A stretch of DNA of 64,000 nucleotides from Sphingobium sp. (GCA_036383495.1 DASVOF010000004.1:192-64191), one strand, 5' to 3'; positions 9,475 to 20,481 are shown, counted from the first letter of the stretch. Made by a program: numbers and translations. Notes: generated by a model from the letters alone, not told the origin.

Positions 9475-9538
9475 GTGCTCCTGCGAAGGCAGGAGCCCAG
9501 TCCTGCCCTGACCTGGGCTCCTGCCTTCGCAGGAGCAC
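9475..9538. repeat. REP doublet, family B
   Basis: GTGCTCCTGCGAAGGCAGGAGCCCAG...CTGGGCTCCTGCCTTCGCAGGAGCAC; second copy at 13980. Confidence 0.9.
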
Positions 9539-9569
9539 GCTCTAAAACGAGGCAATGAAGCGCTCATCC

Positions 9570-9842
9570 ATGCCCAAGATCCTCGCCGCCCTCTATTTGC
9601 TCCTGATGGTCGCCGCCGGATGGCGCTTGTTCACCATGCCCTGGTCGCGTGGCCGCAAGATCGGCGCGGCGGTGGCGCTTGTCATGCCCATTCCCATGTT
9701 TTTCCTGTTACCGGCGCTGATGCATCCGGACCGCCCCTTCGCCGATCTGCTGCGCGCGATCGGCATCGCGTTGATGGGCGGGGGCGCCGTTTCCATGCTG
9801 GGCGGCGCGGCGGCGGCGTGGCTGCGAACGCGCAAGGCATGA
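9570..9842 (+). CDS. Small membrane protein (three hydrophobic segments)
   Basis: Hydrophobic ORF; stop overlaps the trmD start (ATGA); start may be 9555. Confidence 0.7.
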   Translation: MPKILAALYLLLMVAAGWRLFTMPWSRGRKIGAAVALVMPIPMFFLLPALMHPDRPFADLLRAIGIALMGGGAVSMLGGAAAAWLRTRKA

Positions 9843-10576
9843 CCTTCCGCGCGCAGATATTGACGCTGTATCCGGAGATGTTTCCGGGGCCGCTGGGCGT
9901 ATCCCTCGCGGGCAGGGCGCTGGCGGAGGGGAAATGGGCGTGCGATCCGATCCACATCCGCGACTTCGCCACCGACAAGCATCGGACCGTCGACGACACG
10001 CCGGCCGGCGGCGGCGCGGGCATGGTGCTGCGCGCCGACATCCTTGGCCTCGCCATCGACCATGCGCTGGAGCAGGCGCCGGACCTGCCCGTCATCGCCA
10101 TGACGCCGCGCGGAGCGCCGATCACCCAGGCCCGCATCCGCCAACTTGCGGACGGTCCCGGCGCGACCATCCTTTGCGGCCGGTTCGAGGGTTTTGACGA
10201 GCGTATTTTCGAGGCTCGCCGGGTCGAGCAGATCAGCATGGGCGATATCATCCTGTCCGGCGGAGAGATGGGCGCGCTGATGCTGCTGGATGCTTGCATT
10301 CGTCTGCTTCCCGGAGTAATGGGCGCGGCTTCCAGTGGGGATGACGAGAGCTTCGAAAGCGGCCTTCTCGAATATCCGCACTATACCCGACCCGCTGAGT
10401 GGGAAGGGCGCACGATCCCTGAAGTGTTGCGATCGGGGGATCATGCGAAGATCGCCGCCTGGCGGAAACAAAGGGCGGAAGATGACACACGGCTAAGGCG
10501 GCCGGACCTTTGGGAACGTCATATCGGCGTTCGGGACCAGTCGCCCTCTGGTGCGCAACGCGAAAGTAAGGACTGA
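9839..10576 (+). CDS. trmD: tRNA (guanine-N1)-methyltransferase
   Basis: [39 protein letters not shown]. Confidence 0.97.
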   Translation: MTFRAQILTLYPEMFPGPLGVSLAGRALAEGKWACDPIHIRDFATDKHRTVDDTPAGGGAGMVLRADILGLAIDHALEQAPDLPVIAMTPRGAPITQARIRQLADGPGATILCGRFEGFDERIFEARRVEQISMGDIILSGGEMGALMLLDACIRLLPGVMGAASSGDDESFESGLLEYPHYTRPAEWEGRTIPEVLRSGDHAKIAAWRKQRAEDDTRLRRPDLWERHIGVRDQSPSGAQRESKD

Positions 10577-10581
10577 GTTAG

Positions 10582-10950
10582 ATGAACTTGATCCAGCAGA
10601 TCGAGGCCGAAAACATTGCGGCTCTCGCCAAGGATATTCCGGATTTCCGTCCGGGCGACACCCTGCGCGTCGGCGTGAAGGTCGTCGAAGGCGAACGCAG
10701 CCGCGTCCAGAATTATGAAGGCGTTTGCATCGCCCGCTCCAACAAGGGCATGGGTTCGAACTTCACCGTGCGCAAGATTTCGTTCGGTGAGGGCGTGGAA
10801 CGCGTATTCCCGCTCTATTCGCCGAACCTCGATTCGATCACGGTCGTCCGTCGTGGCGTCGTGCGTCGTGCGAAGCTCTATTATCTGCGCGGCCGCACCG
10901 GCAAGCGCGCTCGCATCGCCGAGCGCCGCGACGTGCGCAGCGAGGATTGA
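10582..10950 (+). CDS. rplS: 50S ribosomal protein L19
   Basis: [27 protein letters not shown]. Confidence 0.98.
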   Translation: MNLIQQIEAENIAALAKDIPDFRPGDTLRVGVKVVEGERSRVQNYEGVCIARSNKGMGSNFTVRKISFGEGVERVFPLYSPNLDSITVVRRGVVRRAKLYYLRGRTGKRARIAERRDVRSED

Positions 10951-10988
10951 TTTCTTCGCTCCTGTCGTTGACGGGATGGGAAATAGGG

Positions 10989-11020
10989 AAGGCGGCGTTC
11001 CGATGGGACGCCGCCTTTTT
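10989..11020 (+). terminator. Intrinsic terminator of the rplS operon
   Basis: AAGGCGGCGTTCC-GAT-GGGACGCCGCCTT followed by a T-tract. Confidence 0.85.
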
Positions 11021-11248
11021 CTGTTTGGGTGTTTGCGGCCAATCCCGGTCATTTATCCGGCTATTTGTGATGCCTTGAGGCGGACGCTGACGGACAACAC
11101 TTGTTTGTCGCACAGCTCTGGAATCGTGGTCTTCCTCACGGAGGTAAATAATAACTGACAATTAAATGCTTTACAATGTCATATTAGTGAAATATCAGTG
11201 ATCGAGCTGGCCCACATTAAGCTATAAACCAACAAAGGAACATGACAA

Positions 11249-11521
11249 ATGGGTAAGATAACCGTCCGCGAATTTGAACAAAAAGTTTTGGAAAAAGAAG
11301 AGATTACGATAGTAATTCGGGGACCGGCCGGAGCCCTTGTGGATGACTACGATTTTGACCGCTGCGCAGCGGCAGCAACTTCTTTGTCAAGTTGGATTGA
11401 GACCCGTATTAAACCAAGGATAGGTGAATATGAATATGATGTGGTCAGTCCTGATTATGCGGTTTCTACCCCTCATGGCCGGACAAAGATGGGAACTCTC
11501 CGAGACAAGTATGAGCGCTAA
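11249..11521 (+). CDS. Hypothetical 90-aa protein in an AT-richer patch
   Basis: AAAGGA SD about 9 nt upstream; globular-looking sequence; many A/T-ending codons. Confidence 0.7.
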   Translation: MGKITVREFEQKVLEKEEITIVIRGPAGALVDDYDFDRCAAAATSLSSWIETRIKPRIGEYEYDVVSPDYAVSTPHGRTKMGTLRDKYER

Positions 11522-11748
11522 GCCGCCTGTCGCAAATCACATGATTCCCGAGCATTCGTCACGCAATTCTGCGGAAATTATGATGTAACCTGCATTGCTC
11601 GGTTGTGTGGAATCCTCGACCGCCCAAGAATTACTGCCGGATTGAGGATATGTCCGACAACCTCGCTCACGGGGTTTCCGACATGGGGGAATGACCGCTA
11701 TCGGCCTACGCCTTCCCGTAAGCAGCCGGTCGCCTAGCCACCCAACTT

Positions 11749-11838
11749 CGTCATCCCCGCGCAGGCGGGGACCCATCTCCTCGGCGTGGTGGTGGATGCG
11801 AGGTTGGGAGATGGGTTCCCGCCTACGCGGGAATGACG
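11749..11838. repeat. CGTC-tagged REP doublet, family A (90 bp)
   Basis: Arms differ from those at 3237-3326 only at loop positions; different 26-nt spacer. Confidence 0.9.
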
Positions 11839-11853
11839 GTAGGGGGGCGAGCG

Positions 11854-13152
11854 TCAGCTCGGTTTCCTGCTCGTAAACCACAGCCCGCCTAGGCTGATCG
11901 CCGCCGCTGCTGACATATAGAGGCCGACCAACTCGATGCCCTGCACCGCGATCAGCCAGGTCGCCACGATCGGCGCCAGCGCGCCGCCGATGATGCCGCC
12001 CAGGTTGAAGCTGAACGACGCGCCGGTGTAGCGCAGCTGGACCGGGAAGAGGTGCGGCAGATAGGCGCCCAGCGGTCCGTAGACGAAGCCCATCAGGAAT
12101 AGCGCGAGGCTGAGGATCAGGAAGATCGGCAGCAATTGGCCGGTGCCCATGGCGGGACCGAAGACTGCGCCCATCAGCACCGTGCCGATGCAGCCGGCGA
12201 CCAGCACGCGTGTCGGGCTGCTCTTGTCGGCCCACCATCCGGCGATGACGATGCTGACCGCCATGAACAGGATCGCGCCAAGCTGGATGGCGAGGAATGT
12301 CTCGCGGTCGATCTTGAGCGTCGTCGTGCCGTAGCCGAGCGCGAAGGCGGTCGCGATATAATAGACCGCGAAACAGGCGACGACCGCGAAGGTGCCCGCA
12401 ACCGCAGCGCCGAGATGGTTGGCGAAGAGCGAAGCCAGCGGCACGGCGGGCGGCGGCGTTTCGGCCTGCGCGGCGGCGAACTCGGGCGTTTCGGTAAGCT
12501 TTAGCCGCACCCACAGGCCCAGGAACACGAGCACCGCGCTGCCCAGGAAGGGCAGGCGCCAGCCCCAGGCGAAGAAATCCTTGTCGGTCAGGAACATGCC
12601 CAGCAGCAGGAACAGCCCGTTGGCGGCGAGGAAGCCGACCGGCGCGCCCAGTTGCGGGAACATGCCGAACCGCGCCTTCCAGCCGGGCGGGGCATTTTCC
12701 ACCGCCAGCAGCGCCGCGCCGCCCCATTCGCCGCCAAGGCCAAAGCCCTGGCCGAAGCGCAGGGTGCACAGGATCAGCGGCGCCCACCAGCCTATCATCT
12801 GATAGGTCGGCAGGAACCCGATCGCCAGCGTCGAGCCGCCCATCAGCATGAGCGAGGTGACGAGCGTGGCCTTGCGCCCAATGCGGTCGCCATAATGGCC
12901 GAACACCGCCGCGCCCAAAGGACGCGCGAAGAAGGCGAGGGCGAGGCTGCCATAGGCCGCGAGCAGCTGCGCCGAGGGCGAGGAGGCGGGGAAGAAGAGG
13001 GGGCCGAAGACAAGGCTGGCGGCCGTCGCATAGATGTAGAAGTCGTAAAATTCGACCGCCGTGCCGATCAGGCTCGCCGCCAGCACCCGCCTGTGACGCA
13101 GCATCGCGCCGATCCCGCTCGTCCCCACCGCCTCATTCCCCCCGCGCGCCAT
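11854..13152 (-). CDS. MFS transporter (MHS metabolite:H+ symporter family)
   Basis: GTAVEFYDFYIY, GHYGDRIGRK, QGFGLGGEWGGA. Confidence 0.92.
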   Translation of the reverse strand: MARGGNEAVGTSGIGAMLRHRRVLAASLIGTAVEFYDFYIYATAASLVFGPLFFPASSPSAQLLAAYGSLALAFFARPLGAAVFGHYGDRIGRKATLVTSLMLMGGSTLAIGFLPTYQMIGWWAPLILCTLRFGQGFGLGGEWGGAALLAVENAPPGWKARFGMFPQLGAPVGFLAANGLFLLLGMFLTDKDFFAWGWRLPFLGSAVLVFLGLWVRLKLTETPEFAAAQAETPPPAVPLASLFANHLGAAVAGTFAVVACFAVYYIATAFALGYGTTTLKIDRETFLAIQLGAILFMAVSIVIAGWWADKSSPTRVLVAGCIGTVLMGAVFGPAMGTGQLLPIFLILSLALFLMGFVYGPLGAYLPHLFPVQLRYTGASFSFNLGGIIGGALAPIVATWLIAVQGIELVGLYMSAAAAISLGGLWFTSRKPS

Positions 13153-13950
13153 TCATTTTTTCCGTTTCTGGTTCAGCAATTCATAGGCCATCACCGCGCA
13201 GGCGACGGCGGCGTTCAGACTGTCGGACTTGCCCAGCATCGGCATCTTCACCAGCTGATCGCATTCGGCCTCATAGGCTTCCGGCAGACCCTGCGCTTCG
13301 TTGCCGACCAGCAGGAAGGAGGGGCTTTGATAGCGCGGCTCCTGATAATCCTGTGTCGCCTTGAGGCTGGTGCCGATCAACTCTCCCGGACCCTGACGCA
13401 GCCAGGTCATGAACTCCGGCCAGCGCGCCTGGGTGATCGACTGAGTGAATAGCGCGCCCATGGAGGCGCGCACGGATTCCACCGAGAAGGGATCGACGCA
13501 ATCGTCGATCAGGATCAGCCCGCCCGCGCCGACCGCATCCCCGGTCCGCAGGATGGTGCCCAGATTGCCCGGATCGCGCAGCGACTGCGCCACGATCCAG
13601 ATGTCGGCCTTCGACCGATCCAGCCTGGCGAGCGGCGTCAGCTGGTCGGGATAGACGCCCACCACCGCCTGCGGATTATCCTTGCCCGAAATTTTCGAGA
13701 GGATGTCCGGCGTGGTTTCGATCACGTCGCCGCCCGCTTCCTCCATCGCCGCGATCAATTCCGCCGCGAGGGGGTGGGTCGAGCCGGCATGGAACAGCAT
13801 CTCGGGCAGGACGCCTTCTTCCCGCGCTTCGGTGAGGATGCGCAGCCCTTCGGCCAGGAACAGCCCCTCCGCCTTGCGAAACTTCTTTTCGCGCAGAGAA
13901 CGGACGCGCTTCACCAGCGGGTTGGAAAATCCAGTGATTTCGCGCGCCAC
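13153..13950 (-). CDS. TrmH/SpoU family RNA methyltransferase
   Basis: DPGNLGTILRT, VGNEAQGL, SLNAAVA. Confidence 0.92.
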   Translation of the reverse strand: MAREITGFSNPLVKRVRSLREKKFRKAEGLFLAEGLRILTEAREEGVLPEMLFHAGSTHPLAAELIAAMEEAGGDVIETTPDILSKISGKDNPQAVVGVYPDQLTPLARLDRSKADIWIVAQSLRDPGNLGTILRTGDAVGAGGLILIDDCVDPFSVESVRASMGALFTQSITQARWPEFMTWLRQGPGELIGTSLKATQDYQEPRYQSPSFLLVGNEAQGLPEAYEAECDQLVKMPMLGKSDSLNAAVACAVMAYELLNQKRKK

Positions 13951-13979
13951 TACAGTCCACCCTCTTTCACATAGCGGTT

Positions 13980-14049
13980 CCGTGCTCCTGCGAAGGCAGG
14001 AGTCCAGTTCTGCGCTCCGATCTGGGCTCCTGCCTGCGCAGGAGCACGG
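13980..14049. repeat. REP doublet, family B
   Basis: CCGTGCTCCTGCGAAGGCAGGAGTCCAG...CTGGGCTCCTGCCTGCGCAGGAGCACGG. Confidence 0.9.
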
Positions 14050-14110
14050 CTCAAGACCCGGCCAGAGGAACGATGCCGCCTCTATAGGCCCAAGGCGGGT
14101 GGGTGAAGGG

Positions 14111-14383
14111 CTATTCTTCGCCGAACTTGTCTTCGACCAGGGTCACCAGCTTGCCCAATGCATCCGACGCCTCGGGACCCGTGGCGCTGATCACGATCGA
14201 ATCGCCCATCGCCGCGCCCAGCATCATCAGGCCCATGATGGAGGTGCCCGTGACCTCATTGCCATCCTTGCGCACCGTGATTTGCGCGGGAAGTCCGCTC
14301 GCCAGCGTCACGAATTTCGCACTGGCGCGGGCATGGAGGCCGCGCCGGTTGCTGATCTGGACCTCCTGACTGATTTCGCTCAT
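14111..14383 (-). CDS. ptsH: HPr/NPr phosphocarrier
   Basis: GLHARASAKFV, SIMGLMML. Confidence 0.93.
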   Translation of the reverse strand: MSEISQEVQISNRRGLHARASAKFVTLASGLPAQITVRKDGNEVTGTSIMGLMMLGAAMGDSIVISATGPEASDALGKLVTLVEDKFGEE

Positions 14384-14784
14384 GTAGTGCTGCCCAATAG
14401 TTCGGATGCGACGCTGATATATTTTTGTCCCGCCTCGCGCGCGGCGGCGACCGCCTGTCGCACGTCCATTATCTTGCGCGCGCTTTCCAGGCGGATGAGC
14501 ATCGGCAGGTTGATGCCCGCGATGACCTCGATCTCGCCGGCCTTCAGCAGCGAAATGGCGAGGTTCGATGGGGTGCCGCCGAACAGGTCGGTTAGCAGGA
14601 TGACGCCGGACCCGTCATTGACGCGCGCCACCGCCGTCGCGATGTCGGCGCGGCGTATCTCCATATCATCTTCCGGGCCGATGCAGATGGTTTCGATCTG
14701 CTGCTGCGGACCGACCACATGTTCCATCGCGACGACAAATTCCGTCGCCAGCTCCCCATGGGTGACGAGTACCAGTCCGATCAT
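14380..14784 (-). CDS. PTS EIIA, mannose-type
   Basis: VTHG, LTDLFGGTPSN, GINLPML. Confidence 0.93.
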   Translation of the reverse strand: MIGLVLVTHGELATEFVVAMEHVVGPQQQIETICIGPEDDMEIRRADIATAVARVNDGSGVILLTDLFGGTPSNLAISLLKAGEIEVIAGINLPMLIRLESARKIMDVRQAVAAAREAGQKYISVASELLGSTT

Positions 14785-14806
14785 CTACTTACGTGGCCCA
14801 CCTGTT

Positions 14807-15745
14807 TCATGAGATTGCTTTCGGGCCTCCCGGTTCGCGCTTCTCCAGGTCGTCCTGCGGCGCTGATTCCATATTGCGGTGCGAGACCGTGGGCGAAAAG
14901 CCCGCGTCTTGCAAGTATTTGGCGATACGTTCGGTGACATGCACGGAACGATGGCGCCCGCCCGTGCATCCGAAAGCCACAGTGACGTAACTTTTGCCAC
15001 TTTCGGCATAGCGCGGGAGGAGGGTCGCAAGCAGTCCTTCGATCTGTTGCAGCGATTGGTCATAAGCGGGGTCGGCGGCGATATAGGCCGCGACATCGGG
15101 ATCGAGCCCCGTTTTGGGCCGCAGTTCAGCCTCCCAATGCGGGTTGCGCAGGAACCGCATGTCGAACATCAGGTCGGCGTTGAGCGGGACGCCCCGGGAA
15201 AAGCCGAAGGACAAAAGCGTCAGCACGGGCGCCGACAAGCCGTCGCGGGAGAAGCGGTTGCGGATCTCCTGCTGTAGGGCGTTGCTGGTGAGGCTGGTGG
15301 TGTCCATGACGTGGGTGGCCCAGCGGCGCAGCGGCTCCGTCAGTTCCCGCTCGCGGGCGATGCCATGCGCGGCCGGGCGGTCCGACGCTAACGGGTGGCG
15401 GCGCCGGGTTTCGGCATAGCGCCGCTCGAGCTCCATGCCCGAACAGTCGAGGAACAGCGTTTCGACATCATGTCCGCGCCGGTTGCGCAGCGCCTTGATG
15501 CGCTGGACGATGGCGTTGGCGTCGAAGCCACGGGTGCGCGCATCGATGCCGAGCGCCAGCGGGCGGTCGTCGACTTCCTCGTGCCCCGCCGGCGGCGGCG
15601 CGTCGAGCAGCCGTTCAAGCAGCAGCAGGGGGAGGTTGTCGACCACCTCCCAGCCCATATCCTCCAACGTCTTGAGCGCGGTCGTCTTGCCCGCGCCCGA
15701 CAGGCCGGAAACGAGCAGGATGGTCTTTTGCGTCGGCGCGTTCAC
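14807..15745 (-). CDS. rapZ: RNase adapter RapZ
   Basis: GLSGAGKT, VDNLP, TRRRHPL, GCTGGRHRSV. Confidence 0.95.
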   Translation of the reverse strand: MNAPTQKTILLVSGLSGAGKTTALKTLEDMGWEVVDNLPLLLLERLLDAPPPAGHEEVDDRPLALGIDARTRGFDANAIVQRIKALRNRRGHDVETLFLDCSGMELERRYAETRRRHPLASDRPAAHGIARERELTEPLRRWATHVMDTTSLTSNALQQEIRNRFSRDGLSAPVLTLLSFGFSRGVPLNADLMFDMRFLRNPHWEAELRPKTGLDPDVAAYIAADPAYDQSLQQIEGLLATLLPRYAESGKSYVTVAFGCTGGRHRSVHVTERIAKYLQDAGFSPTVSHRNMESAPQDDLEKREPGGPKAIS

Positions 15746-16185
15746 GCAAGTCCCATGGTCTTGAGCGCCAGTTCGACCTTGATCGGCGCGGACGCCTCGA
15801 ACGGCGCGATCCTGACGACCGGCACATCGGTTCCGGCGATGGCGCGCAGTTCCGGATCGAGCGGCATGCGTTCAATGTCGTTGGAAAGGTCGACGATGAG
15901 CGAGATGCGCGCATAATCGATGTTCGGCATGTCGACCAGGCCCACGCCGCGCACTTCCATCTTGCCCACGATGGTGGCGGGCGCGGTGGCCTCCAGCCGG
16001 TCGTCGACCCATTTGATGATCGTGTAATCATCGCTGATCAGGGTAGCGCCCCGGTCGATCAGGCGCAGCGCCAGGTCGGATTTGCCCATGCCGCTGGGGC
16101 CGCACAGAAGCACGGCGCGCCCGCCGATCGCGACGCTCGTCGCATGCAGGGTTTCGGTTGATTGCAGTCGCGCCATATCGCTCAC
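15742..16185 (-). CDS. hprK: HPr kinase/phosphorylase (short alphaproteobacterial type)
   Basis: LHATSV, GPSGMGKSDLAL, MEVRGVG; start may be the ATG at 16176. Confidence 0.88.
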   Translation of the reverse strand: MSDMARLQSTETLHATSVAIGGRAVLLCGPSGMGKSDLALRLIDRGATLISDDYTIIKWVDDRLEATAPATIVGKMEVRGVGLVDMPNIDYARISLIVDLSNDIERMPLDPELRAIAGTDVPVVRIAPFEASAPIKVELALKTMGLA

Positions 16186-16261
16186 CCCCCTTCATAAACC
16201 TTGTTGGCGGCGCTGGGAATCGAATTGACGCCAAGGCGGCGGTTTAATGCCGATGAGCGTC

Positions 16262-17857
16262 CTATTCCGACACAATCCCCGGATCACGTTCCACGCCCAT
16301 GGGCAGCCGCAGCATGAAGCAGGCGCCGCTCTGATTATCTTCGCGGTCCGCGATGCTGATCTTGCCCTGATGCCCTTCGACGATCGACCGCGCGATGGCC
16401 AGGCCCAGCCCCGAATGCTTGCCGAAGCTTTCGGTTTCCGGGCGAACGCTGTGGAACCGGCGGAAGACATGTTCGCGCTGGGATTCAGGGACGCCTGGCC
16501 CTTCATCCTCGACGCTGACCAGCACTTCATTGTCGGCGACGGTCGCGACGATCTGGACCAGCCCGCCGTCGGGCGAGAAGGAAATGGCATTGTCGATCAG
16601 ATTGTCGAGCACGCGCATCAGCCGCTGTTCCTCGCCCAATACCACCGCGACATCCTTGCGCGGGCGGGCGAAGGCCAGGCGTATCCCGCGTGGAACGCCG
16701 CGCATCTCGCGAGCGACGACCATGCGTTCGATCAGCAGCCCCAGATCGATAGGCTCGAACCGCGTGCGCGACAGCTGCGCGTCGATGCGCGACGCCTCGG
16801 CGATGTCGGTGACGAGGCGATCGAGTCGGCGCACGTCATCCTGAGCGATCGCCATCAGCTGCGCGCGCAGTTCCGGCTTGTCCACGCGGTCGAGCGCGTC
16901 GAGGGCGGAACGGAGCGACGCGATGGGGTTTTTGAGTTCATGGCTGACGTCGGCGGCGAAGGCGTCGGTCGCGTCGATTCGCTGGCGCAGCGCGTGGCTC
17001 ATGTCGGACAGGGCGCGCGCCAGCATGCCGATCTCGTCACGCCGTTCGGGCAGGCGCGGCACCGTCACCTCGCGCGCGCGGCCAAGGCGTACGCGCACGG
17101 CGGCGCGCGCGAGGCGCTGCAACGGCAGCACGATGGTGCGGCCCAGGAACAGCGAGAGCAGCACCGACGCCGCCGCCGCCAACGCCAGCACTATGCCCAG
17201 CCGCAGCCTTTCCGCGCGCACGGTCCGGGTTATGTCCCGCGCATTTTCGGTCGCCAGCAGGCTGCCGCCATCCTTCACGCCGACCGCCGCCGATATCATG
17301 AAGGTGCGGTCGGGCGCATAGCGGTTCATCGCCTGGGCGTTACCTGTCTTGCGGACAAGGACCAGTTCGGGCCAGGCGTCGGCGCGGTCGATCGAGGGTT
17401 CTACGAAATCGGGCGGTCGGTCAGCCGACACGATGCGATCGACCACCTTGTCCATGAACCGGGCGACGTGACGCTGCCAACCCTCCTCCGATGGCAGGCG
17501 CAGGCGGTAGAGCGGCGCATTCATCCTGAAGCTGTCGGCGATCAGCCGTCCGTCCGGTCCATAGCGGCGGACGCGGTCGCTGGTCTGGCGCGCATAGGCG
17601 GCGATCAGGGCGTTCTGCTTATCGGCGGGCGCTGTCTCCAGGCCGATCGCGAGCAGCTTCAGCTCCCGCGCGGACTGTTGCAGCCGGGCGTCGATGATGC
17701 GGGTGCGATAGCTGTCGAGATAGAAGAATCCGCCCGCCAGCAACGCCAGCGCGAAGACGTTGACCGCCAGGATGCGTGAGGTCAGGCTGATCCGGCCGGA
17801 CCAGCGCAGCCGCAGGCCGCCCAGCTCATTCCTCCGAGAAACGGTAGCCGGCGCCAT
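16262..17857 (-). CDS. chvG: Sensor histidine kinase ChvG/ExoS
   Basis: [37 protein letters not shown]; pckA/chvI/hprK synteny. Confidence 0.9.
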   Translation of the reverse strand: MAPATVSRRNELGGLRLRWSGRISLTSRILAVNVFALALLAGGFFYLDSYRTRIIDARLQQSARELKLLAIGLETAPADKQNALIAAYARQTSDRVRRYGPDGRLIADSFRMNAPLYRLRLPSEEGWQRHVARFMDKVVDRIVSADRPPDFVEPSIDRADAWPELVLVRKTGNAQAMNRYAPDRTFMISAAVGVKDGGSLLATENARDITRTVRAERLRLGIVLALAAAASVLLSLFLGRTIVLPLQRLARAAVRVRLGRAREVTVPRLPERRDEIGMLARALSDMSHALRQRIDATDAFAADVSHELKNPIASLRSALDALDRVDKPELRAQLMAIAQDDVRRLDRLVTDIAEASRIDAQLSRTRFEPIDLGLLIERMVVAREMRGVPRGIRLAFARPRKDVAVVLGEEQRLMRVLDNLIDNAISFSPDGGLVQIVATVADNEVLVSVEDEGPGVPESQREHVFRRFHSVRPETESFGKHSGLGLAIARSIVEGHQGKISIADREDNQSGACFMLRLPMGVERDPGIVSE

Positions 17858-18530
17858 AGAGCGTGTCGATTCCGTTGAAGTCGTGGTCGACTTCGCGGAA
17901 TTTCCGGCGCAGTCGCTTGATGTGGCTGTCGATGGTGCGGTCGTCGACATAGACGTCGTCCTGATAAGCGGCATCCATCAATTGATTGCGGTTCTTCACC
18001 ACGCCCGGCCGCGTTGCGAGCGTTTCGAGGATCAGGAATTCGGTGACGGTCAGGGTGACGTCCTGCCCCATCCACTTCACCCGATGGCGCGCCGGGTCCA
18101 TTTCCAGCCGCCCCCGCACGATCGGTTCCGCGACGGGTTCGTCGGATGCCTCGGGCGAACGGCTCACCTCAGCGCGGCGCAATATGGCGCGGATGCGGGC
18201 GATCAGCAGGCGCTGGGAAAAGGGTTTGGAGATATAATCGTCCGCACCCATGGCGAGGCCCAGCGCCTCATCCAGTTCATCCGCCTTGGACGTCAGGAAG
18301 ATGACCGGCATCCTGCTCTTTTCCCGCAACCGGCGGAGCAGTTCCAGCCCGTCCATTCCCGGCATCTTGATGTCGAAAACGGCCAGGTCCGCCGGATTTT
18401 CCACAAGCGCCTTCAGCGCCGCATCCGGGTCTGAATAGAGGCGCGTCATGAAACCTTCGGTCTGAAGCGCAATCGACACGGATGTCAGGATATTCTTGTC
18501 ATCATCCACAAGGGCGATGGTTGCGGTCAT
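17826..18530 (-). CDS. chvI: Response regulator ChvI
   Basis: [29 protein letters not shown]; divergent from pckA. Confidence 0.93.
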   Translation of the reverse strand: MTATIALVDDDKNILTSVSIALQTEGFMTRLYSDPDAALKALVENPADLAVFDIKMPGMDGLELLRRLREKSRMPVIFLTSKADELDEALGLAMGADDYISKPFSQRLLIARIRAILRRAEVSRSPEASDEPVAEPIVRGRLEMDPARHRVKWMGQDVTLTVTEFLILETLATRPGVVKNRNQLMDAAYQDDVYVDDRTIDSHIKRLRRKFREVDHDFNGIDTLYGAGYRFSEE

Positions 18531-18817
18531 GCCTGGTCCCAAAGATCGTGACGGCCACAGTCGGGGCCTGCTTTCAAGCGTTAGACGATGGACCGCTCCG
18601 TCGCAAGAAAGGGGTAGGCGATTGATTGTGCGGCATGGACGCTCAAATTCGGGGTGAACGCACGGCCGGCGGGGTTTGACGGTCAGGATGCAAACGCCTA
18701 TTGCGATCCGGTCCACAAATTAGGAAGCCGCGCGGCTCAGATCGCGGCGCCTGGAGCGGATCGGGACGCAAGCGGCAGTTGTTCGCGACCTGGCATTATC
18801 ACATCAGGAGTTAGGGC

Positions 18818-20419
18818 GTGCAGGCCAAATCCTCTATTACCCTCGATCAGCAGGGCATTTCGACGAACGCTACTGAATATTGGAATCTCGGCGCCGCGCC
18901 TCTGGTTGAAGCCGCTCTCGCCAATGGCGAAGGCATATTGTCGAAGGACGGGCCCCTGGTCGTGAAGACCGGCAAGCACACCGGTCGATCGGCCAGCGAC
19001 AAGTTCATCGTCAGGGACGCCGAAACCGAAAACACCGTCTGGTGGGGCAAGACGAACGTCGCCATGACGCCGGACCATTTCGCCGCGCTGAAGGCGGATT
19101 TCCTGAAGGCGCTGGGCGAGAAGGACAAGCTCTACATCGCCGACCTGTTCGGCGGTTCGCAGCCCGAGCATCGCGTCAAGGTGCGCGTCATCAACGAGCG
19201 CGCCTGGCACAATCTGTTCATCCGCACGCTGCTGGTTCGTCCCAATGCGGCGGAACTGGCCGCCTTCGCGCCGGAATATACGATCATTGATCTGCCGAGC
19301 TTCCGGGCCGATCCGGCGCGTCACGGCAGCCGCAGCGAAACCGTAATCGCGGTCAACTTCACCGAGAAGCTGATCCTGATCGGCGGCACCGCCTATGCCG
19401 GCGAAATGAAGAAGTCGGTGTTCGGCATCCTGAACTATCTGCTCCCGACCAAGGGCGTGATGCCGATGCACTGTTCGGCCAATATCGGCCCGAACGGCGA
19501 CACTGCCGTCTTCTTCGGCCTGTCGGGCACGGGCAAGACCACCCTATCGGCCGACGCCAGCCGCACGTTGATCGGCGATGATGAACATGGCTGGTCGGAT
19601 ACCGCCGTCTTCAATTTCGAAGGCGGTTGCTACGCCAAGATGATCAACCTGTCGGCGGAGGCCGAGCCGGAAATCTTCGCCACCACCAAGCGTTTCGGCA
19701 CGGTGCTGGAAAATGTCGTGATCGACGAGGAAACGCGCGAAATCGACCTGGACGACAACAGCCTGGCTGAAAACAGCCGCGGTTCCTACCCGATCGACTT
19801 CATTCCGAACACGTCGGAGCATAATCTGGGGCCGGTGCCCAAGAACATCATCTTTCTGACCGCCGACGCCTATGGCGTGTTGCCGCCGATCGCGCGGCTG
19901 ACGCCCGACCAGGCCATGTATCACTTCCTGTCGGGCTATACCGCCCGCGTCGCCGGGACTGAAATCGGCGTTACAGAGCCGACCGCCACCTTCTCCACCT
20001 GCTTCGGCGCGCCCTTCATGCCGCGTCATCCCTCCGTCTACGGCAATCTGCTGAAAGAGCGGATCAACAAGGGCGGCGTGACGTGCTGGCTGGTCAACAC
20101 CGGCTGGGCGGGGGGCAAGGCGACCTCGCCGGGCATCAAGCGCATGCCGATCAAGGTCACGCGCGCGCTGCTCAACGCGGCGCTCGACGGCAGCCTGAAC
20201 AACGCCGAGTTCCGCACCGATCCGCATTTCGGCTTCCAGGTTCCGGTGGCGGTGCCGGGCGTCGACAGCCAGATCCTCGATCCGCGCGCCATGTGGGCCG
20301 ACAAGGCGGCTTATGACGAGACGGCGGCGCACCTGGTCAAGCAGTTCGTCGACAATTTCGCCGAGTTTGAAGAGCATGTCGACGCATCGGTTCGCCAGGC
20401 TGCGCTTACTGCGGCTTGA
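18818..20419 (+). CDS. pckA: PEP carboxykinase (ATP)
   Basis: [37 protein letters not shown]. Confidence 0.97.
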   Translation: MQAKSSITLDQQGISTNATEYWNLGAAPLVEAALANGEGILSKDGPLVVKTGKHTGRSASDKFIVRDAETENTVWWGKTNVAMTPDHFAALKADFLKALGEKDKLYIADLFGGSQPEHRVKVRVINERAWHNLFIRTLLVRPNAAELAAFAPEYTIIDLPSFRADPARHGSRSETVIAVNFTEKLILIGGTAYAGEMKKSVFGILNYLLPTKGVMPMHCSANIGPNGDTAVFFGLSGTGKTTLSADASRTLIGDDEHGWSDTAVFNFEGGCYAKMINLSAEAEPEIFATTKRFGTVLENVVIDEETREIDLDDNSLAENSRGSYPIDFIPNTSEHNLGPVPKNIIFLTADAYGVLPPIARLTPDQAMYHFLSGYTARVAGTEIGVTEPTATFSTCFGAPFMPRHPSVYGNLLKERINKGGVTCWLVNTGWAGGKATSPGIKRMPIKVTRALLNAALDGSLNNAEFRTDPHFGFQVPVAVPGVDSQILDPRAMWADKAAYDETAAHLVKQFVDNFAEFEEHVDASVRQAALTAA

Positions 20420-20443
20420 CGCAAGGCTTCGCTGATTTGACGA

Positions 20444-20481
20444 AGGGCCGGAGGGAGAAATCCTTCCGGCTCTTTTTCTTT
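20444..20481 (+). terminator. Intrinsic terminator of pckA
   Basis: GGGCCGGAGGGA-GAAA-TCCTTCCGGCTC followed by TTTTTCTTT. Confidence 0.85.

Noticed and set aside
11537-11740. Possible gene remnant on the minus strand of the AT-richer islet
   Set aside because: No start, SD or recognisable motif; the frame is a run-on through the REP.
3237-14049. Repeats with variable spacers as a CRISPR array
   Set aside because: They are dispersed inverted doublets, not tandem direct repeats; no cas genes.
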